Translations under genes and position numbers: made by a program
NCBI GenBank assembly: GCA_038087875.1
Contig: JAXLNO010000573.1
Coordinates: forward strand, 62,001-126,000
Length of the DNA: 64,000 nucleotides
Source: Malacoraja senta
Taxonomy: Eukaryota
Direction of reading: 5' to 3'
Notes under the pieces: model-generated
What the model was told of the DNA's origin: nothing
What the model saw: the letters and a program-made list of their open reading frames with translations, nothing else
Database searches by the model: none
In this document: positions 1-12,675 of the stretch, one piece after another
Layout: each line of letters begins with the position of its first letter
Position numbering within the stretch: the first letter of the stretch is position 1

Positions 1-2952
1 AATTCTGGAGCTAAAACCATAAAAGGGAGAGGGAGCGGATGAATTTTTAGAACAATTCTTAAGATTATACATGGACCAATCAGGTGATTTAAACTATAAA
101 AATGGAGTGAGTTCCCCACAATATTGTGCCTTCTTATTAAATTGTCTCCCCACCACGGGAGCCAACTCAATTAAGACTAACAACAGGGACTGGTCTGAGA
201 ACCGTGCCAGTCAAATGGCCAGAGCTCTGAGGCACCATTGGAAGGATAGTAGAAAACAGGAAGGTTATCCTGTAACTGGAAGAAGAACTGAATATATGGT
301 TAAAAAGGAGGGACCAAGATCTGGCTCAGGACCATGGAGTCCTCGAATGTTAACAAAGAATGGATTGGGAGAAATTAGTGTCCCAGACTACCCAGATTGT
401 TATTACGATTGTACTCCTATTTTAGAATCTATTCTACTGGAATCCAGTGGGAATAGAAATTCAACAACATTACCTAATCAATGTTATACTTGTGGGGGAA
501 TGGGACATTGGAGCTGAGCCTGTCCGACAAGGGAGCGAGTGAGAGAGAGGGGTCAAGGAAAGAATTTCCGGGATCATGGGGAAATTCGAAATCGTAGGGG
601 ATATAGGAACATCCGAGATCCCAGGAATAATAGAAGGTCTTTAGATACAAAAGACTTCTGGGATTTCAGAAAACAGAGAGGGAACAGGTCAGAGTGTCAG
701 GAACCAAGGAGACACACATCATTTACTCAAACCAACCCATTCTTTCGGTCCTGACTTATGAACTCATCCAGGAATTGTGGATATAATAACATGAGCCCTC
801 CCCTTGAACCTACTCAAGTAATTTACCAGCAAGAAAGAATTGGATGTACTATCATAGTAAAAACTGAAGATCATATAAGAAAATATTGTAAGCAATTCTA
901 TAACTGCCCAAGAAAACAACTTAAAGCAAAGAACACTATAAATTTGGGAGCTTGTTATAACTGTACACAATTAGGTCATTGGAGTAAGGAGTGCCCATCT
1001 AGAAGACAGAATATAGCAGAACAGAGGAGAAATCAAGGAGCAATAAAGACATTAAGAAATGGAACACAGTAGCTGGTGTCAAAGGAAAATAAATGAGGGG
1101 AACTCAAGGTGGCACTAGGGAAGGAAGAAAAATAATATATTGTGCAGGAAGTGTAGGGGTCATGTTACTATATCCACAATTCCTGGATGGGTTGATAAGT
1201 CAGCAATTGTGAAATCATTTAATAACTTTTTGTGAAGTTGTTGTGCCTTCAGGTCAGTATTACCTATGAAACGCCGTTATCTGGGGAGTGAGGTAAGAAG
1301 AATATGTGGACCCTTAAGAACGGGCAGAAGACACAGCTCAGGTAGGATGTGTAGTCATGATCTCCATCCAGGTAGCTTCCCAGAGACAGAAACAAACAGA
1401 AAGGAAGTAGTGATAATGTCTTGTCCATTTAACATCTACCATATGGGAAAGGCGAACAGACAAAGAAGGTTGCTCCTCGGTATTCCTACTCCTTCAGAAT
1501 TAACATCGAGAAGGAAAAAGAAGATACATACCCTAGTGCCCAACTTTAACATCACATAATATTTGACACCAGTGAAGGGGAAAGAAAAGAACAACATCTA
1601 AAACTTTCTGAAGAAATACAGACAACCTCTGAAGACTATTGGGGCAAGCTCCGATTTAAAAAATGAAATTTGGAAATGAATACTCCTCTGTGGTTCGGGG
1701 ACACCTACTTTGCGCCTAAATTTTAGCTACTAGGAATAAATTGAGTATTTAAAGATGGTCTATGGAATATAGTAAAAAATAATTGGGAATTTGATTGTTG
1801 ACTTGGCATCTTTCCTTGTCTCACCCATAGGCGAACAATCAGAAATGGAACAGGACTGTTCAAGAAAGGATAGACCCTGGGAGATATCAGAAATTAGTGT
1901 GGATTTAATAATAGGATACCCTGGGAACGCAAGGTGGTGGTGTAGAATGATGAGGTAGACTGAATGTTTAAATGATGAGTTCCCCTCGGAGAGGTCAATA
2001 CCATCCAAAAGTTACTCAGTGGTAAAAGGAGACTAGTCATAAGAAAGAATCCCTATTGCCTATGAGTTGTACAATGGACTAGAAAAAGTGGCATTGGATT
2101 AGAAGTACCAGGGGAGTGGGTACTTCTTGTCAGAGTCGATGTATTTGATCGGTAGATCAAAATTTGTCCAACCCTTGATAATAAAGCGGCTACTGTTATC
2201 AAGGCGTAAAGAAAATTGTCCCTAGATTCAGTATTATTAATTGGCTTGATTTGAAATAATCGTCCACAATAAATGGAAATTAATTGATGAAATTAAACAG
2301 CTGGGAATTCCACCAAAATTGGATTGAATTGTGTTATCGACCGCAAGCTGTGGAAAAGGGTGAGACGGATCCTGCAATTTAAAAGAGTAAATTAAAGGCT
2401 GAGTGAATTTGGCTGAATTGAAGCATTCCCCATGGTTGTTTTGAATAAGACTCATGCCTGTTGGGAAATCTGGACTGAACCCAGCTGAAATTAATATGAG
2501 AAACCTTCATTAGAGGTACATTGGAAACCACCATGTGACTGCGGAGATAACTGATAACTTGTTAGTGTTGATCATAGTATGGGAAAGCATATCACAGTGT
2601 AGGGAAGGGCTTTTGGTTAATAATGAATAATGGATGGGAAAGCTTCAGTGAACGTATGGAGTGTAGCTTACTTCATCCCAAGTTCTCTTAGGAATTATAG
2701 GTTCAACTATGGATCAAGTACAGAGGGATTGACAACATAGATGGAGGGGATTATCACCCATGAAAACTCGTGAAGTTAAGACTCATCAGACAGGAATCAT
2801 GAAGCTACGCCCACGAAAACTCGGGAAGCTTGATGAGATTCTGAGAAGAAACATCATCATCTTGCTGTTAATTTGTTTGATAATGTACCAGTCACCAATG
2901 TATCTTTGGTTATCATAAATGATGGTTATCATCTTTGATAAAAATGGAGGAA
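1..2952 (+). mobile_element. Internal region of a degenerate, internally deleted LTR retroelement/endogenous retrovirus (gag plus integrase remnant); 5' part lies outside the window
   Basis: MHR-like KP*KGEGADEFLEQFLRLY just upstream of ORF 71; two CCHC knuckles; integrase-like RPWEISEISVDLIIGYP (~1872-1922) and IRLMPVGKSGLNPAEI (~2445-2492); PPT directly before an LTR. Confidence 0.75.
8..1072 (+). pseudogene. gag: gag pseudogene (capsid C-terminus and nucleocapsid zinc knuckles)
   Basis: CYTCGGMGHWS*ACP at ~482-526 and CYNCTQLGHWSKECP at ~953-997 (C-X2-C-X4-H-X4-C); in-frame stops split it into ORFs 71-517, 539-754 and 758-1072. Confidence 0.8.
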
Positions 2953-3738
2953 TGTTAATCCTGGCTGAAATCGAGCAGCCATAGTACCCACACTTTAATA
3001 AAGACTTATGTATTGCTAGGCCATTTTGGTCAAGTCTGGTGTGCTCTGTAGAAATGGGACAAGCTTCTGAATGGTGCCAGCAAGTCTAGTGCCCAGATTA
3101 GTGTTGCATAGTCAGTTGACAGATGGATGAGATTTCTGCAGAGGACATCATAGGAAATGTAAAATGCATGAGGTTAATTGGGTCTTTGCAAGAGCCTTGT
3201 ATATATTGTAAATAATGTTGCGAGAGAGTTACCCTGTTAAGTGTTGATTGGTTGAAATGTTAACCCTTGCCTGGTTTGTTTGAATCCCAGGGTAATTGTT
3301 GCATTATTCAAGGAAGGTTCTGTTAGCCTCTTCTGGAAGCGTTACCTGCAACAATGTAAGAAGATTCTTTAATTGGCCTGTGTATCTGTCAGTAATGTAT
3401 TATTGTAATTTGTTATACTAGATTGGATTGTAAATATACCACCCCTCTGTAGTTTGCCCCCTCAAGGTTCGGGGATCTATAAAAGGCAGCCCCCATGAGG
3501 TCCATTGTCGATCTTCTGGAAGAATGCTTGGGACTGCATGACCTTTGAGTGTTTCTGCTTGCACGAGGCTAAAGGGCTTGGCCAGGTAGATACAAGAATC
3601 GAACCTGCAGTGGTTTAGGTATCGTATAGGGTGATTTGTTGTGCTTTCTAAAAATAAAGTTTAGTTGTTATAGTGCTTGAATCAGTTGTTTATTGACTGA
3701 CCTGGACTGGGGGGAAGCTTAGAAAGAGCTTATTTACA
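2953..3738 (+). mobile_element. 3' LTR (~786 bp) of the retroelement
   Basis: Purine-rich AAAATGGAGGAA (2941-2952) directly before TGTTAA; TATA-like CTATAAAAGG ~3477-3486; AATAAA ~3653; ends TTTACA at 3738 (TG...CA). The 5' LTR is not in the window, so the ends cannot be cross-checked. Confidence 0.7.
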
Positions 3739-4326
3739 ACGAGACTGCGAGCTCTCGATGTAAAGTTTGCAGGCCGCGGTTGGAGCGATCCCAGGCAAGG
3801 GATTGGCTCCGATGTGAAGTCCACGCCCCGCGGTGAGGCTCAGATGGAGTTGTTCAACAGGGCAAACAATATTGTGTAACAGAGGCTGCATGAAAGTGTT
3901 CCTGCTCAAAAGCAATGTCATGCAAAACATGTCAGGAATCTGACTAATATAGACCATCTGATATGTATGCAACATTGGTAAAAATCTCTCAACATCGCAC
4001 AAGACAGAAATTGTTTTGTTCGGTAATGTGATAAGGAGAGAGATAACAAAAATATTTCAATCTGCTACTCTGTGAGATAGCAGAACGTTGCAAATTCAGA
4101 AACAGATAACGCAGGCCTTGCAAGAACATTTGTGATCATCTAATGGTGTTGAATAACCGTGAGTTCCTGAATCAAATACTGCAGAATAAGTTCATGTGTA
4201 GCTAAATAAACGAGCAAGTTCAATCTAAGTTATTAACTGAACAAGACTATAATGTTTAAGCACACATGTAAAATGACCACATCAATGGATTTGGCTTCCA
4301 ACAACACTGAAGAGTTTGAGCTGCTG

Positions 4327-4728
4327 CATAGAACACTACGCACAGGAACAGGCCCTGCGGCCCTTAATGTTAGTGTCGAACATGATGCCAAGTTAAACTG
4401 ATCTCGGCTGTCTATACATGACCCATATATCTCTATTCCCTGTACTTCTAAATGCTTATCTAAAAGCCTCTTAAATGCCACTATCAAATCTGCCTCCACC
4501 ACCAGAACCCCACCACTCTCTGTATAAAATACTTTCCCCTCCCACACATCTCCATTACACTTCCCCCTCTCACCCATAGCTATGCCCGCTATTCCATCCT
4601 GCGGAAAAAATTCTGACTGTCCACCTAATCCATGCCTCTCAAACTGTTATATATTTTTTATCAAGTCTCCCCTCATCCTCCAATATTTCAGAGGAAACAA
4701 TCCACATCTGTCTAACCTCTCCCTGCAG
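4327..4728 (-). mobile_element. CR1-clade LINE 3' fragment
   Basis: Minus ORF contains VVEADLIVAFKRLLDKHL...YG, like the CR1 ORF2 C-termini elsewhere in the window. Confidence 0.75.
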
Positions 4729-5049
4729 CTGAGTTGTTACAGTGTATGGACAAGCAGCTGTAGAAGTTGTGAGCTCTCATATTAAGTACTAGTCACAAGT
4801 GTGTTTGGTAGAAAAGGCCAAAAGGCTGCTACTGATGTGATGGAAGTTTACAGCAGTGTCTTGCTTCAATGCAAATAGAAATGGTATTTTGTGTTATTGT
4901 GTAAAGCTACACCCAAAATAATGTCAGTCGCATAGATTCTCCATGTAAGACCAATAGACATAACAGAATGCGGCAGAAGAGAGATTTGTACAATATTGAA
5001 GGGATTAAAGAAATTCAAACACTTTCCATGCAATAAGGATGCTCCATGG

Positions 5050-5260
5050 ATTGCAGATGCTGGAATCTGGAGCAACAAACAATCTGCAAGAGGAACTCAA
5101 CAGCTTGAGCAGCACCTGTGAGGAGAAATCAAATGTCAACATTTTAGGTGAGAATACTGCATCAGGGTGCACGTTGTATAATTTCCACCTGAAATGTCAA
5201 AATTCCTTTCCCGCCATCAATGCTGCTCAACTTGATCTGTTCCTCCAGCAGTTTGTTTAC
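5050..5260. mobile_element. Diverged Penelope-terminal-repeat-derived inverted element
   Basis: TGCAGATGCTGG...GAGGAACTCA...GCAGCA followed by the inverted TGCTGC...GTTCCTCCAGCA; same layout as younger copies. Confidence 0.5.
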
Positions 5261-5511
5261 TGTCCGTACAACAACAATCTTCTTTAGATTGTAGTTGCTA
5301 CAAAGAAGGAAGGTGTCTGAATATTTCCTGAGCATAATACTTAGCTCCTGATGAGTAAACGCACCTTTGTGCAGAAATAAGCAGTTTATTTGTGCTTGAG
5401 AGTGAATGCAAATGGTTTGTATAAGATCAAGGAAAACGCTGAATATTTGTTGAGGCTGGAAAATTTGAGCGTATCAGCAAACTTTGCTTTTTCATAGAAA
5501 TATTTCAATAT

Positions 5512-5813
5512 CAGTGATGCAGCAGTTGAGTTGCTGCATTACAGCGTCAGAGACCAAGGTCGATCCTGACCACGAGTGCCGTTTGTACGGAGGTTATTTG
5601 TTCTTCCTGTGACCACGCGAGTTTCCTCCAGGTGCTTTGGTTACTTCCCACTTTCCAAAGATGTGCAAGTTTGTAGGATAATTGGCTTTTGGAAATTATC
5701 CCTTTTCTGTAGGATAGAACTACTGTAGGGGAGATCGCTGGTCGACACAGACTCGGTGGGCTGAAGGGCCATTTCCAAGCTGTATCTCTAAACTAAACTA
5801 AACTAAACTAAAC
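5512..5813 (+). mobile_element. tRNA-derived SINE (HE1/V-SINE-like)
   Basis: B-box-like GGTCGATCC; core TGTTCTTCCTGTGACCACGCGAGTTTCCTCC; CR1-like 3' end GGGCTGAAGGGCC...CTGTATCTC; (TAAAC)n tail. Confidence 0.75.
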
Positions 5814-6149
5814 ATCAATGTTTTGCTGGACCTTGCAATGGTGTTGGCATAACTGCTTCACCCTCTAAATCAAAAGGAGGGGAAGGAATTGCAGCTTCAA
5901 TGCAACTTCTGTAAGCTTTGGCAATTAGTCCTTTCTGATGCACCACACCAGTTTCAGTTAAGTTTAGTTAAGTTTAGTCTATTATTGTCACGTGTACTGA
6001 GTTTGTATGTTCTCCCCGTGACTGCGTGGGTTTTCCTCGGGTGCTCCATGCTCCAACGGGAAACATTCTCCAGGAATGTTGCCTGATGCACTAAGTTACT
6101 CCAGCACTTTGTGTTTCTTTTTGTAAACTAGTACCTGTAGTTTCTAGGA

Positions 6150-6420
6150 TCTCATTTTCGCCCAATCTCAAACATACAAGCTTAGTAGTCAGTCGCCATG
6201 CCATGCTGCTGTGGTGTCGTGACGAACCAATAATTGGCAAAATCATCCGACAGCTGAAAGTCACATTCAATGCAAGAAACATTTTACTGATGCATAGGAG
6301 ACCAAGGACGCATTTGGGTCTGATTCAACCAAATATAGGAAGGTGGAAGACAGAACAAAGGAATGTTATAATATATGCTGACAAGAAAAGCAGTCCAGGT
6401 TACATGATTTTGTTTTTATA
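6150..6420 (+). mobile_element. Possible old Gypsy-type integrase remnant
   Basis: LLMHRRPRTHLGLIQP resembles the ELLMGRRLRTRLDLLxP motif after the integrase core; heavily decayed. Confidence 0.3.
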
Positions 6421-7602
6421 TTGAGACCTCCAGACAGATTTGTGGTGACAAAATGGGATATCAGAATGAAAGTAGAGATCCATAAAGTTATCTTGTAATC
6501 TGGGCATGAGATTTAGAAAGATTCACATACACAAATCGATCAAAGCTTGAAATATCTTTGAGACTAGAGAAGAAGACAGTGATTTTCAATAAGCCTTTGA
6601 AGAGCTTAATACAATGTTTGAAAAGAGTTAACACAGGATGAGGGCAGCATGTTAATCAATACCAGAATATGCAATGAGGGTCATTGACATGTTGTCTAAT
6701 ATAGACACTTTTATCAGGACATTAAATAGATTAGTCCCATACATGTTGATGTAAATACTTCATGGATTGTTGGAAGAAGGTGGGTCAATATGGTGAAATA
6801 AGCATATTTCCTTTGATACCAATAATCCATAGTTGTATCAATGAATATTTGCAACTCCGGCTAGTCAGGGTTATTTATCCAGATTGATTATCAATACATT
6901 CTGAGGACAGTCCAAGTAGAAAGGAACAGTTTGGTTTCAAGGTCAACAGTTGAATGGATACTGTTATAAAATGTAACTAAAATTAATGTAAATTATTTGG
7001 ATTATTTGCAACATTTCTTTAGCATTTAATGCTTGATGATACATTAATTAATTGCATGTTATACCTGAAAACCTACTGGATCTATCAACAATTGGCTTAA
7101 TCAGGAAATTACCTCACATATTACAGCCATGACTTGCAACTGATAGCCAGAAAACATTGCATTCAGTGACAGAATTCACCCATGACTATTGGAACACATC
7201 TTAAATGCATAATAAATGGTCAGTTAATGAAAGCCAGCATAGGATATATGTCTGACACTATCTGTGCTCCTTCAATTTATAATGTCAAAACCACTTATGG
7301 TTGCATGGCTATATGGCACTTAATACAAATGAACAGTACTCAACCTTCAGAGGGCTGAGAAATAATTGGTCTTAACATCCCTTTGAGGAAACTACATGTC
7401 TGGATGCACGTGTTTATAAAAGGGAGGACAAAGAAGAAAGTTGCAGGCAGATCCTCTGATATGCATAATATCATTTGACTCTTATCTAATGGTTTAATTC
7501 TTATTTCACCATATGCATGAACACAGCTGAATAAAATGTATATTTAGTGTATGAAAATGCAAGCTCTGTTGTAAAATTTTACTAGGAATTACCCAAACGA
7601 TG

Positions 7603-8359
7603 CACATAATGGTGGCCGATTAGGAAAAGGGGAGATGCAACGAGACCTGGGTGTCATGGTACACCAGTCATTGAAAGTAGGAATGCAGGTGCAGCAGGCA
7701 GTGAAGAAAGCAAATGGTATGTTAGCATTCATAGCAAAAGGATTTGAGTATAAGAGCAGGGAGGTTCTACTGCAGTTGTACAGGGTCTTGGTGAGACCAC
7801 ACCTGGAGTATTGCGTACAGTTTTGGTCTCCTAATCTGAGGAAAGACATTCTTGCCATAGAGGGAGTACAGAGAAGGTTCACCAGACTGATTCCTGGGAT
7901 GGCAGGACTTTCATATGAGGAAAGACTGGATAGACTCGGCTTGTACACATTGGAATTCAGAAGACTGATGGGGGATGTTATAGAAACTTACAAACTTCTT
8001 AAGGGGTTGGACAGGCTAGATGCAGGAAGATTATTCCCGATGTTGGGGAAGTCCAGAACTAGGGGTCAAAGTTTAAGGATAAGAGGGAAGACTTTTAGGA
8101 ACGAGATGAGGAAATCATTTTTTACACAGAGAGTGGTGAATCTGTGGAATTCTCTGCCACAGAAGGTAGTTGAGGCCAGTTCATTGGCTATATTTAAGAG
8201 GGAGTTAGATGTGGCTAAAGGGATCAGGGGGTATGGAGAGAAGGCAGGGATGGGATACTGAGTTGGATGATCAGCCATGATCATATCAAATGGCGGTGCA
8301 GGCTCAAAGGGCCGAATGGCCTACTCCTGCACCTATTTTCTATGTTTCTATGTTTCTAT
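7603..8359 (+). mobile_element. CR1-clade LINE, 5'-truncated, young
   Basis: ORF 7635-8261 with RDLGV...LYRVLVRPHLEYCVQFWSP...FFTQRVVNLWNSLP; 3' UTR GGGCCGAATGGCC and (TATGTTTC)n tail. Confidence 0.92.
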
Positions 8360-9070
8360 ATATGCAAACCATATTTTTGAGGTAATTCATCCGTTCCACC
8401 TTGTATCATTTGAATTATTTTATGGGTAGATATGGATTGGTCTGAAATTTTCTCCCTAAAGCAATTGCACCCAACAAGTTTGGATTCTTCAAGCCTTTAG
8501 GAACTTTTCTGCTGTTATCTTAGAAAGTAATCTTCCTGCAGCAGACTGGCGAAGAAGGTTAAATGCAGTGATTCACAACTCTCCTTTTACCTTGCAATCA
8601 TATCAATGTTTTTTGTGATTAATGATGAGAAATCTGAAGCAAGCTATAAATATCAGAAAAGTGCATTATTGTTTTAAAAAGAATGTTGAAAACATATATG
8701 CACTTACCAGAAATGCATTAAAAGCTTTGAGATTATGAAATATTTAAGAACCGTATTACTTGTCTTGGTCACAATAGCTCATTTGTTACATTTGGGCATC
8801 AACTCTGAAATCCTTCAAGAACTTCTAGCTGTGGCTGTTAGACTTTGACTTTCATGTCACCTTTCTTAAATCATTATCTTTCTCTATAACTTTAAAAGGC
8901 GACCTAATAGGTGATTTTATATTCCAGTGAAGGGCGATACGCACCAATAGCTACTCTCAGGAATTCATGGGAGTTTCCCCTGATAAATTAAATCCCTATT
9001 AAGCATGTGGATTATGCGATTTCCCAACCGTCAGTGGCTGCAAATGCTGAACAATGTTATTAATATTTAG

Positions 9071-9198
9071 AACCAAAGAACTGCAGATGCTGATTAATAC
9101 GCAGAAGGACAGAAAGTCCTGGATTAATTTAGTACGTTAGGCAGTATCTCTGGAGAAAATGGATAGGTGACGTTTCAGGTTGAGACCCTTCCTCAGAA
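9071..9198 (-). mobile_element. Penelope terminal-repeat fragment with hammerhead-like motif
   Basis: Minus strand reads CTGAGGAAGGGTCTCAACCTGAAACGTCACC. Confidence 0.65.
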
Positions 9199-9519
9199 TT
9201 TCTTTAGATGCACTCTGCTTCTAACTGTGATTAGTGCATATGTTTCCTGACAAATGTTTTGGTCACCAGATCATCAAAATTGTATTCCCTTTTAAATAAG
9301 AAAAGCAGAGGTGGTCATCTTAAAATCAAGGCAGTGTATTTATTTTCAGCAAATTCATATCTACCATGACCTCTATTGCCTATTATCTAGTCTCCAAATC
9401 TTACTAATCTCCAAACCTATTGTCACTTAAGTTTTCCTTGGTATATCTGCCTTGCTATTCCTGTTATCCACCACAGAAACTCCCAGTATCCAAAGCAGTG
9501 ACCGGACTTGAAATTTTTG

Positions 9520-9608
9520 TAGGTAGACAAAAGTGCTGGAGAAACTCAGCGGGTGCGGCAGCATCTATGGAATTAGGCAAAGTATCGGGGCGAATCCCTT
9601 CTTCAGAC
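9520..9608 (-). mobile_element. Short Penelope terminal-repeat insertion with TSD
   Basis: Flanked by TGAAATTTTTG at 9509-9519 and 9609-9619. Confidence 0.7.
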
Positions 9609-9716
9609 TGAAATTTTTGGACCACTTTTGTTTATCCAATATTTTGTACAAATATTTGCAAACCAATGACCATGAAATTAGGTGCATTGTAATTGCTTGA
9701 TAGTTGTCACAAGTTT

Positions 9717-10097
9717 TCTGTACAAAATCGTGAGAGGAATAGATTGGGTAGACACACAGAGTCTCTTGCCCAGAGTAGGGGAAGAGTAAGAACAGAGTAA
9801 GACCAGAGGGCATACAGTAGGTTCAAGGTGAAGTGGAAAAGATTTAATGGGAATCTGAGGGGTACATTTTTCACACAAAGGGTGGTGGGTGTGTGGAACA
9901 AGCTGCCAGATGAGCGAGTTGAGGCTGGGACAATCCCAACGTTTAAGAATCAGTTAGACATGTACATGGCTAGGACAGGCTTGAAGGGATATGGACTAAG
10001 CGTAGGAAGGTGTGAAAAGTATAGCTGGGACATGTTGACGGGTGTGGGCAAGTTGGGCTGAAGGGCCTGTTTCCACACTGTATCACTCTATGACTAT
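9717..10097 (+). mobile_element. CR1-clade LINE 3' fragment
   Basis: ORF 9828-10061 FFTQRVVGVWNKLP; tail CTCTATGACTAT. Confidence 0.85.
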
Positions 10098-10286
10098 AAG
10101 TTGGTTTTACTGGAAGCTTACAGTGCATTCAGAAAGTATTCAGACCCCTTCACTTTTTCCACATTTTGTTACGTTACAGCCATATACTAAAATTGATTAA
10201 ATTATTTTTTTTTAATTATCATTCTACACACAATACCCCATGATATAAAAGCGAAAACGGGTGTTTAGAAATTTGTGCAAAAGTAA

Positions 10287-11070
10287 TTATAAAAAAATAA
10301 CTGAAATATCACATTTGCATGAGTATTCAGACCCTTTACTCAGTAATTTTTTTGAGGCACCTTTGGCAGTGATTCCAGCCTCAAGTCTTCTTGGGTATGA
10401 CGCTACAAGCTTGGCACACCTGTATTTGGGTAATTTCTCCCATTTGTCTCTGCAGATCCTCTCAAGCTCTGTCAGGTTGGATGGGGAGCGTCGATGCACA
10501 GTTATTTTCAGGTCCCTCCAGAGATGTTCGATTGGATTCAAGTCCGGGCTCTGGCTGGGCAACTCAAGGACATTCACAGACTTCTCACGAAGCCACTCCT
10601 GCTTTGTCTTGGCTGTGTGCTTAGGGTCGTTGTCCTGTTGGAAGGTGAACCTCTGCCCCAGTCTGATGTCCAGAACACTCTGAAGCAGGTTTTCATCAAG
10701 CATCTCTCTGTACTTTGCTCCGTTCATCTTTCCCTCGATCCTGACTAGTCTCCCAGTTCCTGCCGCTGAAAAACATCCCCACAGCATAATGTTGCCACCA
10801 CCATGCTTCACCGTAGGTATGGTATTGGCCAGGTGATGAGCAGTGACTTGTTTCCTCCAGACGTGATGCTTGGCATTCAGGCCAATGAGTTCAATCTTGG
10901 TTTCATCAGACCAGAGAATCTTGTTTCTCATGGTCTGAGAGTCCTTTAGGTCCCTTTTGGCAAACTCCAAGTGGGCTGTCATGTGCCTTTTACTGAGGAG
11001 TGCCTTCCGTCTGGCCCCTCTACCGTAAAGGCCTGGTTGGTGGGGTGCTGCAGATATAGTTGTCCTTCTG
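10287..11070 (-). pseudogene. Tc1 transposase, catalytic part (DD34E)
   Basis: WSDETK, FQQDND and [11 protein letters not shown], with 34 residues between the second D and the E. Confidence 0.93.
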
Positions 11071-12378
11071 AAATTGCCAAAGAAACGAGATCTTACTGAC
11101 TGTGGAACTGGAGAGGGTTCACGTTGCTCTCAGTCCCAGGAAAAGTGCTTTGTTCTGTACTGCTACATCATCTTAGAGCAGCTCTGGATATGAAACTCCA
11201 TGATGAACAAGCAGGATTCCACATGGGAAGATCCTGCAGCGAACAGATCTTTGTGTTACGAAATGTGGTAGAACAATGCCTGGAATTTCAGAAGCCAATA
11301 CTAATAAACTTTGTTGATTTCACAAAGTGATTCGATAGTGTACATCGAGACACCCTGTGGCAAATTCTTAAAGAGTATGGCATCCCAGAGGCTTTCATAA
11401 ACATCTTCAAGAACCTTTACGAGGGATCCAGTTGCTGCGTCAAGGTTGATTCACAAAACCAGAATTCTTTGACATTGTCACAGGGATAAGACAAGGTTGC
11501 CTTCTATCCCCCTTACTGTTTATTGTCACGATCGACTATGTCATGCGAAAGACAATGAACAAACCTGACTTTGGAATAGGAAGACGCCTCACAGACCTAG
11601 ATTTTGTCGATGACATTGCACTACTAGCAGAGTCGAGATACACCCTTCAAGAGATGACAACCGCTCTGGAGGAGATTGCATCAAAGGTTGGATTAAAGAT
11701 CAGCTGCCAGAAGACTAAGACCATGCAAACTGGAGACCAGCAGCCAATAGACCAACTGATAATCAATGGGGAACCTGTGGAAAGCGCCACAAGATTTACG
11801 TATCTTGGCTTCATGTTCACAGCAGATGGAGATGTAGAGGTCGGCATCAACTCCCGAATTGATAAAGCTGCATCAGTCTTCAGACAAATGCAGCCAATAT
11901 GGTCTAGTGGCGGGATATCCAAGTTGCTAAAAGTCAAGCTCTTCTAGTCCGTCTTCCTCCCTACAGCCCTCTATGACAGTGAGACATGGAAAATCAATGT
12001 GAAGATAAAAAATAAATTGGATACATTCCAGCAACACTGCTTGAGGAAGATCCTGAAGACTAGCTACAGAGACCACATCACAAACGAGGAGATCTACCGT
12101 GAAACTGCAACAAAGCCTCTCAGCCAGGACATAGAGGGACGCAGGATGAAATTTGTAGGACATGTACTCAGAACGTCACCAGAACGTGCACCTAAGATAG
12201 CAATGACATGGCAACCTGACGGAAGAAGGAAAAGAGGCCAACCAAAACTCACATGGAGGCGAACATTACAGAAGGATTTGGAAGCCTGGTGGAAGACGTC
12301 GCACATGACCGAACAGAATGGCGAAACCCTGCTGCCCAATGCACTCAACAGTGTGGGAGGAACTAAGTCTAAGTGAAG
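11071..12378 (+). mobile_element. RTE-clade LINE, 5'-truncated, nested in Tc1
   Basis: RT motifs [38 protein letters not shown]; 3' tail AACTAAGTCTAAGT; short TCTG duplication at 11067-11070 and 12379-12382. Confidence 0.88.
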
Positions 12379-12675
12379 TCTGGAAGGTTCTCATATCTCC
12401 ACAAAGGAACTCTGGACCTCTGTCAGAGTGACCATCGGGTTCTTGGTCACCTCCCTGACCAAGGCCCTTCTCCCCCGATTGCTCAGTTTGGCCGGGCGGC
12501 CAGCACTATGAAGAGTCCTGGTGGTTCCAAAGTTCTTCCATTTAAGAATCATGGAGGCCACTGTGGTCTTAGTGACCTGCAATGCTGCAGAAATTGTTTT
12601 ATGCCCTTTCACAGATCTGTGTCTCGACACAATCCTGTCTCGGAGGTCTACATGGCTTGGTTTTTGCTCTGACAT
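12379..12675 (-). pseudogene. Tc1 transposase N-terminal HTH region
   Basis: DLRDRIVSRHRS...GRPAKLSNRGRRALVREVTKNPMVTL. Confidence 0.9.

Noticed and set aside
5512..5580. tRNA gene
   Set aside because: The A/B-box-like sequence is the head of a SINE and continues into SINE core and tail; no convincing cloverleaf.
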